Assembly (NCBI GenBank): GCA_026025795.1
Contig: JAPEUG010000155.1
Coordinates: 1-35,485 of the forward strand
DNA: 35,485 nucleotides
Direction of reading: 5' to 3'
Origin: Thelocarpon superellum
Taxonomy: Eukaryota
Shown: piece by piece, positions 1 through 11,610 of the stretch
How positions within the stretch are numbered: the first letter of the stretch is position 1
Layout: every line of letters starts with the position of its first letter
Notes under the pieces: model-generated
Databases searched by the model: none
What the model was told of the DNA's origin: nothing
What the model saw: only the letters and a program-made list of their open reading frames with translations
Made by a program: the position numbers and the translations under genes

Positions 1-108
1 GTACGGCTCGTGGAGTCTTCTACTAGAGGGAGAGTCTCATGACTGAACTGAATGCCGTCACGAATATGGAAGCGGGTCCCTATTTGTACGTTTGTTTGAT
101 TTAATAAG

Positions 109-129
109 GATGATGATGATGATGATGAT
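109..129. repeat. (GAT)7 microsatellite
   Basis: Seven perfect GAT units, downstream of the minus-strand gene ending at 513. Confidence 0.9.
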
Positions 130-512
130 GGGAAGTAAGCAAGCAAGCGGGGCCCGTCTGTTCGAGAGATCCCACCATCTTCTTCCTTTTCCCACTCGTG
201 GATCCCTGACGTGAACCGTGCCCCATCCTCGTACGTCTTGAGTTGTCCTGTCTCGATGGGACGCGAGAGCGAGCAGGGAAAGCGGGGGAAGTGCAAGTGC
301 AAGCGCGAGGCAGAGGGATGAGGAAGGAGGAAAGGGGAACGGGGAACGAGGGAGGTGGTGTTGGGGAATGGAATCTAGACGGGCAACATCAGAGAGATGG
401 AGAAAAGGTTGGGACAAAGTCTGGGTTGAATGGTCAACGCTTAGAGTCGTTGGTCTCCCTCCTCGCTCCTTTCTCATCCCGCGTCACTAGCATCCGGCCC
501 TCCGTGTGCGCA

Positions 513-2335
513 CTAAGCTGGGTCGTCAAGCAGCTCCTCGAGTGGATTAGCACATGGATCGGGCACGAAGCTGATACGGAGGGCACGGTAGGCGTGCTTG
601 GTCTTGAGCTGGGTCTTGGCGGCGGCAGCGGCTTGGATGGACGAGAAGCTTATGCGAAGGGCATCCGAGGGGCGCAACTCCATGAACTCCACCACATCGT
701 AATCCAGCGCCGCATGCGGTTGCAGATCTTCCTTCAGAATTTTCTTGCTGATGTCCCGTGGGTACTTGGCCATCTCAAGGCATCGCGTCAGACCCTTCGT
801 GCTGATGTCTTCGGCGAGCTGTCTCGAGACCGGCCAGGTTGGCGTCGTCACCTGCTCGGCGTAGACACGGCAGCCCCGGATGACGATATTGTGTGTCTGG
901 ACGAAATTGGCAAAGGCGGCCGCCGAAGATCCCTCGAGAAACTCCACCATGGCCGAGGAGCTCCCAGTCACGGCCCTCGTGTCGGCTAACTTGGCGGAGA
1001 CGACCGGCCCACCACGAACGTGACCGAGCAGTGCCTTCATTGGAATCTTGCGAGGCAGGTTGGTCATCAGCACCGTGCGGTAGAAGCCTGCGTCGTCCTT
1101 CTCCGGGACGAAGCGGATGCCGAAATTGAAGAAGTCCGGCAAGTCCGTGTGTCCTTGTTCCGAGCGAAAGCCCTGCAGGCGGACGACATTTTGAAACTCC
1201 GGTTCCGAGTCGAACAGGTGGTCGCTCGAGAGCCATCGAATGCTGATCTTGCGGTCGCCGCTGCGCCGCACAGGAGTTGGACCAGGCCGAGACGGCAGGA
1301 AGGAGGTAGATGAGCCAGAGAGCGTGGATGGCTGTCGGTTGGTCTGCTCTCGCTTGACCGACAAAGGTTTCTCGTGAGGTGGATCTGTACCAGCCTTTGT
1401 CGCCGGAACATCGTCCTAGTAGAGAGTGGATCTCATTAGCAACGTCATAACCATCGTCGAAGGTGGTTGAGCGCCGCGTGCGCTTGGCTCACCTTGGTCG
1501 TCAGCTTGAGGTCCACACACGCCGGAGGTCCATCTTCCTTCGGGCCATCCCCAAAGTGATAGGCGTAGCTATCGGCAGGAGTTTTAGGGCGAGTAGGCCG
1601 AGGTTCTGGACTCCCAAGCGGCAGGAGGAACTGATCGAGCAGATAGATGTCCGGAGGTTCTTCTCGCGTCTCGCTGGCCGCAGTACTCAACAGCCGGCCT
1701 GACGAAGACGACGGCAGACTGGGTGCGATGGAGAATAACTCTGGGACCGGGCTGTCGATGATGTTGCCGCCGCCGGGCTCATCGGCACTGGAAAAATGAG
1801 AGCACTGATGGCACGCTGCCGTTCGTTGGGGATCAAAGGATGGGAGGGGTGTTGCGTCAAGGAGACTGTAGGTACGCGAGGAGGATGAGGCTGTTTCGAG
1901 CCGTGCCAGGCGCGCGGTCGACACGGATGACATGGCCTTCCGCGCCTTGATCTTCAACTTTGCGTTTTCCTGCTTCAGAGCCGAGAGGCGCACCTTCAGC
2001 TTGACTTTGTCTTTGAGTAGACGTCCCCCACTGGCCTCGCCCGCCTTGAGTCCATCTCGAAGGCATTGCAGCAAGGTTTCATTGGCGGCCTGCACCGACG
2101 CGGTTTCGGCGGTGGCTCGGTCCAGCTCGGCTTGAAGCGCAACGATACGACTCTGCAAGGCCTTGATCTCGGGGCTCTGTGAGCTCTCGGGATTCGCCGG
2201 AATCATGGGTACAGGCTGGCGGTGGGCTGGGACGCCAAAGGCCCACGGGTGCCCTGGAGCCGGGGTGAGGTGTGTGCCCTGAAAGGGAGGAGGATGAAAG
2301 GCATGTCCGGACGACAACTTAGGGAAGTAGGCCAT
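513..2335 (-). CDS. Fungal protein (~581 aa) with N-terminal coiled coil and C-terminal RRM-like (RNA-binding) region; exons 2335-1493, 1415-513
   Basis: ORFs 1445..2428 and 513..1364 join in frame through intron 1416-1492 (GTGAGC...GCTAAT...TAG, phase 0). First ATG is at 2335. Heptad-like IKALQSRIVALQAELDR; RTVLMTNLP...VRGG...SAMVEF pattern resembles fungal RRM-like domains. Confidence 0.75.
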
Positions 2336-3618
2336 GTCGGCAGATCGGCGCGGCAGAGGTGGGAACCGAGTGGTCTGAGGACCGACGGATCGCGAGACTT
2401 GCAAAAGGTAAGGGCTGGGCGATGACAATGGTGTTAAGGTCTACGACGAAAGTCAAGTGAGGAGCATGTCCGTGGAGCCAGGCGTGAGCGGGTCGACCGG
2501 GCCGGCTCACTGGCTGGGAGCAAAGAAACGCGGGCACGACGCAGGCGTGCCCGGAGCAAGACCCTTGACCTTTGACGTCTGGGTGAAAGCCCGTACCGAC
2601 CACGATACGCGCAGGCAGTCCGACGCGCGGAGGGTCAAGTTCACGTCAAAGAGAGTTGTCCGATAGGCCTCAGCCGACGAAAAATTCTGAAGGGGCAGGT
2701 ATGGTCGATCGAGCATCCTCGATCATCCCCATTCCCAGATAGAGGGGCGGTGACTCCTCGCCAGGGCAAGGGCAGGGCAAGGCTGAGCGAAACTGACCAA
2801 GATGGCCTGATAGGTCTTCATTTTCAAAGGGACATGCATTTACACGAAAAGCACGGTGAGCGTGTTGAGGGGCGAAGGTAGAGGTTCGACAAGTGGCTGG
2901 ATAGTCTCACGGATGCTATGGAACATGAGGCTTCTAAGAACGAGCCCCGCGTGGCGGGAGCTGGAGTTTGAAGGTGGAAGCCGTGGACGGCAACACACCA
3001 GAGCTTAGAGGGGCCGAGGGGCAGCTAGCGTGCCACGTTCCTCGGCGTTACTCAGCACCACCGGGCGAGACCCTGTCGCGTGCGGGGAGCGAGATGAGCT
3101 CCGGAGCAAAAACATCGCCTGGGGCCAATCGCGTCGAGGCTGATGCCGGTGCCAGATGCGGACCAACGTCGCCTTCCGTCTTGGTTCAATTTAAGCAACG
3201 CCAAGAGCTCCCGGTGCTGCCCTTCACCTACCCGTAGTTCCGCTACCCTGCGTGTATGTTAGTAGTAGCCGCAGTTGGACTGCAGATATGGGCGTCGAAC
3301 GGCCGGCATCGCAACGCAGGTCGTGCCTCTCGGCTGCTCCACCACCTGCTGTCCTCCGACACGTCGCGATCTGGATGGGAGCCGGTGTGACCGCGCCGAC
3401 GGCGAGCTGTCTCACCTGGGTTGCCATTCCAGGCACCGATACCGCCTCGCGCTTCCGAATCATGTCATCCACCGATTCTCACTGTTTATCCCGGCCGCTT
3501 GTCTGAGGACGGCGGAGCGGCTGCACCGGGTAGCCCGCACCCGCTGCTTTCGGGCTCCTCAGCGCGTCGAACTTGTCGAGAGTGCTACGCAATGCTTGCC
3601 CTGCGCCAATTCGTCGAG

Positions 3619-4427
3619 ATGAATCACGCCCTTTTCCTTATCGTCGCCGGGATGGGTGTTGCCTCGGGCCAGCAAAGCACGCAGCTTCTCGACTATGGCT
3701 CCGGCGCGTTACCGGATTGCGCGCACCAGTGCACGCCGTTGCAGCAGGCTCAAGGCGCCTGCGTGCCTCCAGCCGCGCCGACGTCGAGTGATTACACGAC
3801 TTGCTTCTGTCAATCCAACTTCCTCCAGACTTTCTACGGATCTCAAAGCGGCGTCTGTGACTCGGCATGCCCGTCGGACGGCCTCGGCCAGATCCGCTCG
3901 TGGTTCACCAGCTACTGCAAGCAACCGCAGGCGACCACATCGAGCACCACTCCGTCCTCTACCAAATCACCCGCTGCTAGCAACACTGCTGCTGCTGCTT
4001 CTATCGCTGCTGCTAGCTCGAATCCCGCGGCCTCAGGAACGAGTGCCGGAGTGAGTTGGTAAGTTGCCTCGCTCGACTCGCTGGTTGCCGTCCCCGGACT
4101 GACCGACGTGGAACTAGGTGGAACAATCACTGGCGTTACGTCTTGATGCTGATCGTCATCTTTCTCGTCCTTGGAGGTGCGGCAGCCGGCGGCATCTGGT
4201 ACCGGCGTCGACGGAAGCGGAGGGCGGCGGCCGTCGTGGCCGCCCCTATCGCCTGGGGCCCCCACCAACATCAACATTACACCCAGGGCCACGCCGCCTA
4301 CAACGCCAACCCGGAGAAGAGGGTTCGGACCATGCGTGGGCCCGATGGACCCAAGGGAAAGGGGAAGGAGAAGGCACGACTATCGGCGGCGGATCCCGAC
4401 AGTATCCAAGCTCCGGCCAAGATGTGA
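3619..4427 (+). CDS. Type I membrane protein (~249 aa): signal peptide, 8-Cys CFEM-like domain, S/T/A-rich stalk, one TM helix, basic tail; exons 3619-4058, 4118-4427 (alternative ATG at 3592)
   Basis: Intron 4059-4117 (GTAAGT...CTGAC...TAG) gives ...GVSWWNNHWRYVLMLIVIFLVLGG...WYRRRRKRR. Cys spacing PDCAHQC-x9-C-x13-CFC-x15-CDSAC-x15-C resembles CFEM. Confidence 0.85.
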
Positions 4428-4586
4428 TGTGAAGAAGCCCACTTCGAAATGTTCAATTCGTCGTCCAGGCCCAGCCCTCATATTGGCCCTGGCAGATCCA
4501 GGGTCCAGGCGTGTCGCAATTGCACTTCTCGCCTGCATCTCCTTGATTCATCAGGTTTTCATTTGCTCACTTAGGGGGCATTGGGT

Positions 4587-4610
4587 GGACCGGACCGGAC
4601 CGGACCGGAC
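4587..4610. repeat. (GGACC)n pentanucleotide repeat, about 4.8 units
   Basis: ggaccggaccggaccggaccggac seen directly. Confidence 0.85.
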
Positions 4611-5282
4611 AGGAGCTAAGGGAGGTCCGAGGTCCATAATCTTGATGATGGCGGGTGTTTTCATCTCATTGCCCATCCAGCGCATATCGCAATTGTCAGC
4701 CAGAGACGTTTCCCACTGTTTGATACCCCCAACGAATCTCATCCACTGCGCCGACGCTCAAGGTCGAGTCTTTCATGTACCATTATGGCATCTCCACCGT
4801 GCAATGCAGTGCAGTGCACCGTGCAATTCATGATTGATGTCTCACAGTGCACCACATCCTTGGCTCCTCGGTCTGCAGGCTGGCAGGCTGTACAAGTGCG
4901 AATACAATAGCACCGGAGGCTCACCGATCCCATGGCTCTGGCTGCGAGTGGAACCAGAGAGCCTTGAATGCTGTGTATGCAGTATTGTGACGCCAGAGCT
5001 CCACGCCTTGCCGCAAGGGTAGGAGAGGTCATGTGATGAACACCTGATTTGACACGTGACCTGGCACGGTGCATATATATCGCGTCCCGCTGTGAGCTAG
5101 CAGAGCCTCAGCGTTCAACTCGAGTGACACGAGGAGGCCAGACCTAGGTCTACGAGCCCTATCGAGTTACAACGTCGACTTCTATTGACGACGTCCACTG
5201 TTTCCGCCTAGCTGTAGGCCTCGTCGTCACACCAACAGTATAACCAGGTTGGCGGCAGTTTCCTATAACGCGATACTGTTCC

Positions 5283-5307
5283 ATCCCGATCTGGGCCAGA
5301 TCGGGAT
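5283..5307. repeat. Perfect 12-bp inverted repeat with 1-nt spacer
   Basis: atcccgatctgg-g-ccagatcgggat. Confidence 0.9.
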
Positions 5308-5416
5308 CTTCTCTTCATAATCCCTTCCGTGCCGTTCCAACGGTCAGCCTACCCGCAAGGTATGAACGGAAGTAAAGCCAAGGGCTACGCCTAAAATCTC
5401 GCGACGGAAAAAGCCA

Positions 5417-7451
5417 TCAGTCATATCGGGAAAGCGCGACGCCGTACATCAGATTCAGGTCCAGATGAAGCTGTTCAGGCCGCGAGAAGTCTTGCCCGTT
5501 GCTGTTGACGTTGTCGTCAGGCGTCGCGGCACGCGTGAACCACACGGTACTCTGCGAGTCGGGGCTGGCGAGCGGCCAGGGATAGACGCCCGAAACGGGA
5601 TCTGGGGGAGCGTAATCGACGCGGCGGAGCGACGAGCGTACCACACCGCCCTCCGCCGGATCCATGAGCAGCGGGGCCAAGATATCCTCGACCTCGATGC
5701 GCGAATGCGCGGCTGGCGCCAAGGTTTTCCACTCGAGGAGGAGCAAATCGGCCGTCTGCTTCACGTTGAGTGGGTAATCGGTTCGGCGGATGCGCCGCCG
5801 AAGCCTGTCCATGCGCGCCTGCCATGGGGTCAGCAAGGCCCTGAAGGATGGCCCTAGCTTCACTGAAATCTGCGATATCATGTCTGCCTCGTTCAGTAAC
5901 CCGTCCGCATAATCCAGTCCGTCCTTCACGTTCGCAGCCATCTGTGAGGGCGCGTAGTGGTTCATTATGTTCCTGAATGCCGACCGCATAGGCACCAGGA
6001 GCCCATCGTTCCAATCCTTGGTCGCCATCGAGAGCTGGTCCCGGAGCTCGCTGTATTCCGATCGCCGGAATTGCGCCCATACTAGCGATTGTGTCAGGGC
6101 CGAGAAATCCTCCCTCGCGTGATCCTGGTCCGCCGGCGGCGAGCCTTTAAGCATCGTTTCTCGATCCGCAATGAGAAAAGCCTGCGGCCACTGCACAAAC
6201 ACCTCTTCGAGTGCGTTGGACGCGCTGGTGGCGTCGCGTACATCGGAGGACAGAATTTGTCGGCCTGAAGCACGTTAGAATTATCGGTGACGGGGAAGCG
6301 GTGAAGCGGTAAGTGGAGGGAGGGGCGGGTTACGGAAGAAACGTCCAAGCTCGTGGAGATTATAAGTCCCTTGATGCATGAGGATAGTCGACTTGCGAAA
6401 GACGTCAATCAGACCCTGAAACTGTTCGGATGACCAGGCGAGCCTGCGGATCTGATCCTCATATGTCGCGTTGTTAAACAACTCCACCATGTGCCGGGTA
6501 GACTCGCGGTATCCGACGGCGAACTCGAAGATGGGCCGCATCGCTACTACAAGGGGCGCATGCTGTGGACGTAGCGTCGCCTCCACTGCTGCGAGACTGG
6601 ACATGGTTGTCGAAAGGAGATCTTGGTCGGGATCCTGCGGGGAGTGTCGAAGTTGTCCGAACGACCAACCCCAGCGGTCGAAGCGATTGACGGAGATGTG
6701 AAGTGTTTGTTCCAACCCGTCCTGCTCGGGGTCAACGGCCTTGGCAGACACCGGACCAGGATGTACCTGACTAGCGATGTCAAAGGCGATGTCAGGAATG
6801 ATTCTGTATGACTTCAGATAACCCAGATACTCTTTCAACATGTCATGGGTAATGTCCGAGTTGAAGCCGCCGCCGCCAAAGACCGCTTTGACTGGGTATT
6901 TATTATGCGGACATTGAAGGGTGTGGTATGTAGATGTCGCTTTGGAGAAGATGGCGATCAATGCCCACAGGTCGTCGGGTTCCGTGTCCGTAAAAATGTT
7001 CATCTCCAGCTCGCAGTCCCACTTCACCTCTGGCAGCACCAGGCTGGAGGGGCATTCATTTGTCACGGCCGAGTTCCCATTCATCAGCGGAACCGTCACC
7101 TGCTGAGTGAGGAGTCGAGCCAGGATCCCGAGGCCCGTGAGAGCGGCCGTCGAGGAGGCCTTGGAGGCTGGATTGGCGCACCACATCGCGGCGAGTACGT
7201 CGGCGTAGGATGGGTGAGGACGAGTGGCTGTTGACACTCCTCAGAGCTCCAATGACAGCCAAGCGGAGCTGACGCCTCGATGATGGAGAGACGTCGCTGT
7301 CATGTCCCTCCACGAGATCGCCGTCGCGCTGGTGCTGTGCGCGTCGACTCGCTCGTCGAGAGAGCTCGATGAAGAGACATGTTGGGGACCAGCTCGAGGG
7401 CTGACGTGTCGTCGAACGTTCCGCCTCGAGCTCAGAACAGGCTTGCACCAT
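5417..7451 (-). CDS. Hypothetical protein (~639 aa), possible nucleoside-hydrolase-like fold; proposed exons 7451-7274, 7227-6334, 6264-5417 (5' end uncertain)
   Basis: Intron 6265-6333 (GTAACC...CTAAC...CAG, phase 1) joins ORFs 6281..7237 and 5417..6202 in frame. A weaker intron 7228-7273 (GTCAGC...CTGAG...CAG) links to the ATG at 7451. Motif NIFTDTEPDDLWAL. Confidence 0.6.
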
Positions 7452-8337
7452 TCACCCGACCTTCTTGCCTCATCCGGACGAAACTTTGGGACGGGATCCA
7501 CAGGCACGACCCGTCCCATAGAGATCTCGGAGATTGGGACCGCGCCCGGTGTGAATCCCATGGCAGTGCCCCACGCAATTGCGGTGTTTGTCTGTAATGC
7601 GGTACGCGCAACGCGAGGATCGAGCGCGACTCATGAGGAAGCGCGCTAGGACACGGACCGTGCTGCTGGTGACAACGTGCCATTCCGACATTTAAGCCTT
7701 GAGGGAAAGTGGAGAGTGTGGGGGCCGCCGATGAAGGGGAGGGTTGATCATGGGATGAACGTGCGTGGGTGAGTCCTACTCACAGATGCGTGACGGCACG
7801 CGAGCAACCAGCGGGATCTCCCTGGTAGGGATGACATGTTGAACGCAATTCCCAGTGTTCCAGAGAAGAGCCCGGGGAAGTCAGTTCAAGACGGATGTCG
7901 AGAAATCCCGAGAGATCAGAGTTTATGCCAGGAATACGCGATCTACTTCTCCGCAAACTCTATCTGGAGGGGCATTGTGGGCACAGGAGGTGGACTATCT
8001 ACGTATCATAATACCTCCGGTGATGTTTGGTCGCTGCTGGTCGAGATCCCGAGTAACGGCAGTAGTACTGTCGGGAGCAATTTGATGCACTAGCTGAGGG
8101 GATCTACTCGTTACTTAGGGAGGTATCTTTGACCGACCATGCTACCTTACTCGAGTGGTGTGATCGAGCCAAGGGAAGAGTTTCCGTAGTTTTCGGTCCC
8201 GCTTCAGCTAGTAATCTTTTATTGTAGGACGAGAGGCCATGACACATCGAAGGCCCGAGGCGGGCAGAAGCCCGTACCAGCCGGGAGGTGCCGACACCAC
8301 CAACATTCTGGCCTGAGCTTTCGAAGGCCGCCTCGGC

Positions 8338-10325
8338 TCAGTCTTCATCCCCGTCTTCGTCGTTATCGCCGTCACCTCCCTCGTTGTCCGCGTTGTCCTC
8401 ATCGCCATCGTCGTCTTGATGCTCCTCGTGGTCATCGGCGCCGTCATGTTCTTGGTCATCAGCGCCGTCTTGATGGTCAGCATGCTCCTCGCCCTCATCA
8501 CTTCCAGGAGCCGGGGGGGCATCTGTGTTCATCGAAATCAGCATGAGACACTCCTTCTCCAAAGTCCAGTTAGGTGGCGCTTACCTGTATCCTGTGTCTC
8601 CGTGGTAACTTCAACATCGACTTCTTTTTGTTCGTCATCGTCATCGTCGACTTTATCCCCTTCAATCACGTTTTCCCCGTCGTCTTGGTCCACCTCTTGG
8701 TCGTCAACCGTTTCGCCCTCCCCTTCTTCCACCTCCTCTCCGTCCTCCCCTTCTTCCACCTCTTCGACCTCTTCGACCTCTTCCACCTCTTCCACCTCTT
8801 CCACCTCCTCTCCGTCCTCCCCTTCTTCAACCTCCTCCACTTCTTCACCGCCCTCCCCATCCTCATCCTCGCCGGTTTCTTCCTCGGTATACTCAATTTC
8901 GTTTCCATCCTCATCATACTCGACTTCATGTTCCTCGTATTGCACCTCATTTCCATCTTCGTCATACTCGACCTCCCCAGCCTCATCGTCGGTCACTTCC
9001 ACTTCTTCATATTCGGTAATCTCTTGTTCCGTGCTGGGCTCTCCATCCTCCCCCGTCCCATGATATTCATGTTCGACCACTTCGTACGCTGCCGTTGCGC
9101 CACCAGCGGCTGCAACACCGCCGACCACCGCCTTTGCACCGCCGGCATGAGGGGGAACCGCCGTAGTGTAGGTTGCTTCTCTCGTCGCCGTGACTGTGGA
9201 CCCATCAGTATCGCCTTTGATTTGAGTTGCAAAGTGTACGCACCGCCTGCAGGGATGGAACCGGCTCCACCATGGTGGGCACCATGAGGCGCTGAGTGGA
9301 AGGTAGCATGCCCCTTGGTATTGCCCACATGCCCGTGCAGACTCACGTCTGGCGCTTGGATGGCCCTTGCCGAGGTCGCCGGTGCTGGCGCACCTTTCGG
9401 GGCGGCAGGCGCAGTGGATGCATCCTTTGGCTTCGCAGCGGCGGGTGCAGCGGTTGGCTTGGCGGCGGCGGGTGCAGCGGTTGGCTTGGCGGCGGCGGGT
9501 GCAGCGGTTGGCTTTGCAGTTGCCGGTGCGGCCGCTGGCTTAGCAGCGGCGGCAGGCGCAGCAGCCGGAGCGGGCGTCCCACCAGCCTTGATGGCAGCGG
9601 CTTGCCTACTTGACATCAGCGCCACCGTAATCATATCATCACCATCATCATCATCATTTGTCTTACACAACTCCCTTCTGCACCTCACTCAGCAGCTGGT
9701 TGATGCCGACGGCGACACCGAGCGCTGCCTCCACGCCATGCGTCACCTTAGCACCCGGAGGGCCCGGGGAAGCTCCTGGGGCTGTGGAGGGAGCTGGACC
9801 ATCTAGCCCGCGGGCCGTGGTGACTGGGGCCGGTGTCGGCGTGGACTTTGCCGGCGCGGCAGCAGGCTTGGCTGGGGCAGCAGCTGGCTTTGCGGATGGA
9901 GCCGCGGCATTGTCAATCCCTCTACTGGTGGTGACGGGCGCGGGCATGGTCGCCGACTTGGCTTCAGGCACGGGTTTTGGTGCGGCGGGGTGCACGGGCA
10001 GGGCCGTGGGGACTGCCCCTGGGGCAGCAGCAGCTGCTGCTGCTGGCGCGGCGGGCGTGGCAGGGGCAGCAACTTTCTTCACCACCTTCTTGACCACTTT
10101 CTTCGTGGGTGGAGCGCCAGGGACACCGCTGTCGGGCTTGTCGGATTTGACGGAGACGACAACCTTCTTGACTACCTTCTTGGCGCCAGCAGCCGGTGCT
10201 GCCGTGGCTCCAGCGGCGGCGGCGGCGTCTGGACTCGTGGAGGCGGGGACTTTCTTCACGACCTTCTTGACGACCTTTTTGGTGGGGGCCGGAGCGGCCG
10301 GTGGGGCAGCGGCTGTGTCCGCCAT
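8338..10325 (-). CDS. Low-complexity protein (~604 aa): K/V repeats and Pro/Ala/Lys-rich N-half, Glu/Asp-rich C-half; exons 10325-9667, 9605-9244, 9193-8585, 8522-8338
   Basis: Three canonical introns (9606-9666 GTAAGA..TAG; 9194-9243 GTGCGT..CAG; 8523-8584 GTAAGC..CAG), each with a CTGAT branch point, join four ORFs in frame. Start context CCACCATGG. Confidence 0.85.
8723..8850 (-). repeat. Coding 9-bp-based repeats encoding (EEV)n and EEGEDG units
   Basis: Tandem tcttccacc/tcttcgacc units on the + strand. Confidence 0.8.
9434..9541 (-). repeat. Coding 27-bp minisatellite, four units (KPTAAPAAA-like)
   Basis: Units 9434-9460, 9461-9487, 9488-9514 and 9515-9541; the middle two are identical. 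Confidence 0.9.
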
Positions 10326-11610
10326 GGTGGCAATCACGATTCAAGCTCGACGAGAAATGCGATTCTCCCTGTAGCTGGATACGATGATTCAAATGCTTGT
10401 TCGAGTAGCAGGGAAGAGAATGTCGACTTTGCGAAGGCAGACTCAGGACGCGCGGGGCAGCTCATCATAATAAGGGAACATGGAGATAGCAGCGGAGCTT
10501 GGCAGGGCTGAAGCCTACGCAAGCGCGAGTCAACACAGGTGGGGGCCAAAAGCGTAGCGGGCAGATGCAGCGTCCGAAGGTTCATGCGGAGCTAGAGATG
10601 GCGAACGCCCCCAAATCTCCGTCGTCACGCTGATAGGCATCCACCCGGCTTCGGGTGCCCCGAGGACCCCGAAGCCAAATCCCGATCAACTCATTGGATG
10701 GCGGGCACCGTGAGAGGTGGTCGTGGAATTACTGAGTCGTAGCACGACCGAACGTGACAGCATGATGCGGAACAGAAATGACACAATCCGGTCATACTCT
10801 CCTCATCATTGGACGCATGCCGGCAGTGGCTTGCCCTTCGCCTTAGAGGCCGGGGTGGCGGGGTTTGAACGACGTTCGCCCAGTGGGCTGCAGCAGGGTC
10901 CAAGCTGGGCCGTGGGTGCACACCAACGTTGGGTAGCGTTGGAGCTATTCGACCGGCCCACTTTGCAGGTGCAGCAGTAGTATCGATGGAGGTCGTCATT
11001 CACTAAGATGGGGTCCGTCCTAGTATTTGTCGTCTCGGGGTCTTGGGGCATGCGTGACACGTACGGCCAGCCGTTGGGTAAGACCAGCTGCGGAGAACTG
11101 ACTAATAGTAGACTCGCTTAGTGTCGAAATCACCAGCACCATACTTCGTACCGCCGCTGCAACCACGAAAGCATATTCCGACCGGCTGGTTGCTATGACA
11201 TGCTGATCGTTATCCTGCCGTCAGAGCCAATCCGACCGAAAACCCCTCCTCCAAACACATTCTCGGCCACACAGTTGGACTGTTTCACGCCCCTCATCGA
11301 CAGTTGAAGTCGAAGTCGAATGATGGCGACTACTCGTGCATGAGAGTCGACAGTTCTTCACCAAAGGCGAATAGCGTAAGTGGCGCAAGCTTACCTACGC
11401 AAGGTCTCTTCTACTAAGCCTTGTTTCGTCTCCGCGTGCGGTGTTTGTTATGCATCATGCCATGTTCTCACAACCCCAAGCGAACATGTATGAAGACGTT
11501 CTGGTCTTCTCCATCCAGAAGATGAACTCATGTCATCAGGATCCTCTGTCATCTCGTCACGGCTACAGTAACCCTTGAAAGAGAGTTGTACCACAGCCTC
11601 CATCTCCACC

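Noticed and set aside
243..989. 248-aa plus-strand ORF
   Set aside because: Antisense shadow of the RRM-like gene and its purine-rich 3' region; non-ATG start and no motifs.
7238..7561. In-frame TGA (7243-7241) between ORFs 7241..7561 and 6281..7237, suggesting readthrough, selenocysteine or a pseudogene
   Set aside because: The stop falls inside a plausible 46-nt intron (7228-7273) that links a different upstream frame; there is no independent evidence of recoding.
7836..8093. 85-aa plus-strand ATG ORF
   Set aside because: Short, with no recognisable motif or splice support.
9434..9541. 27-bp direct repeats as a possible CRISPR-like array
   Set aside because: No spacers; a coding minisatellite in a eukaryotic gene.
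9606..9666. Poly-Asp stretch (NDDDDGDD) in ORF 8993..9688
   Set aside because: It is a (GAT)n microsatellite inside an intron.
8416..10511. Several long plus-strand ORFs (Ser-rich, Phe/Leu/His-rich, Ala/Gly-rich)
   Set aside because: Antisense artefacts of the low-complexity minus-strand gene, whose intron signals define the coding strand.
10691..11060. Short Cys-containing minus-strand ORFs
   Set aside because: No signal peptide, motif or splice support; could be chance ORFs in GC-rich DNA.
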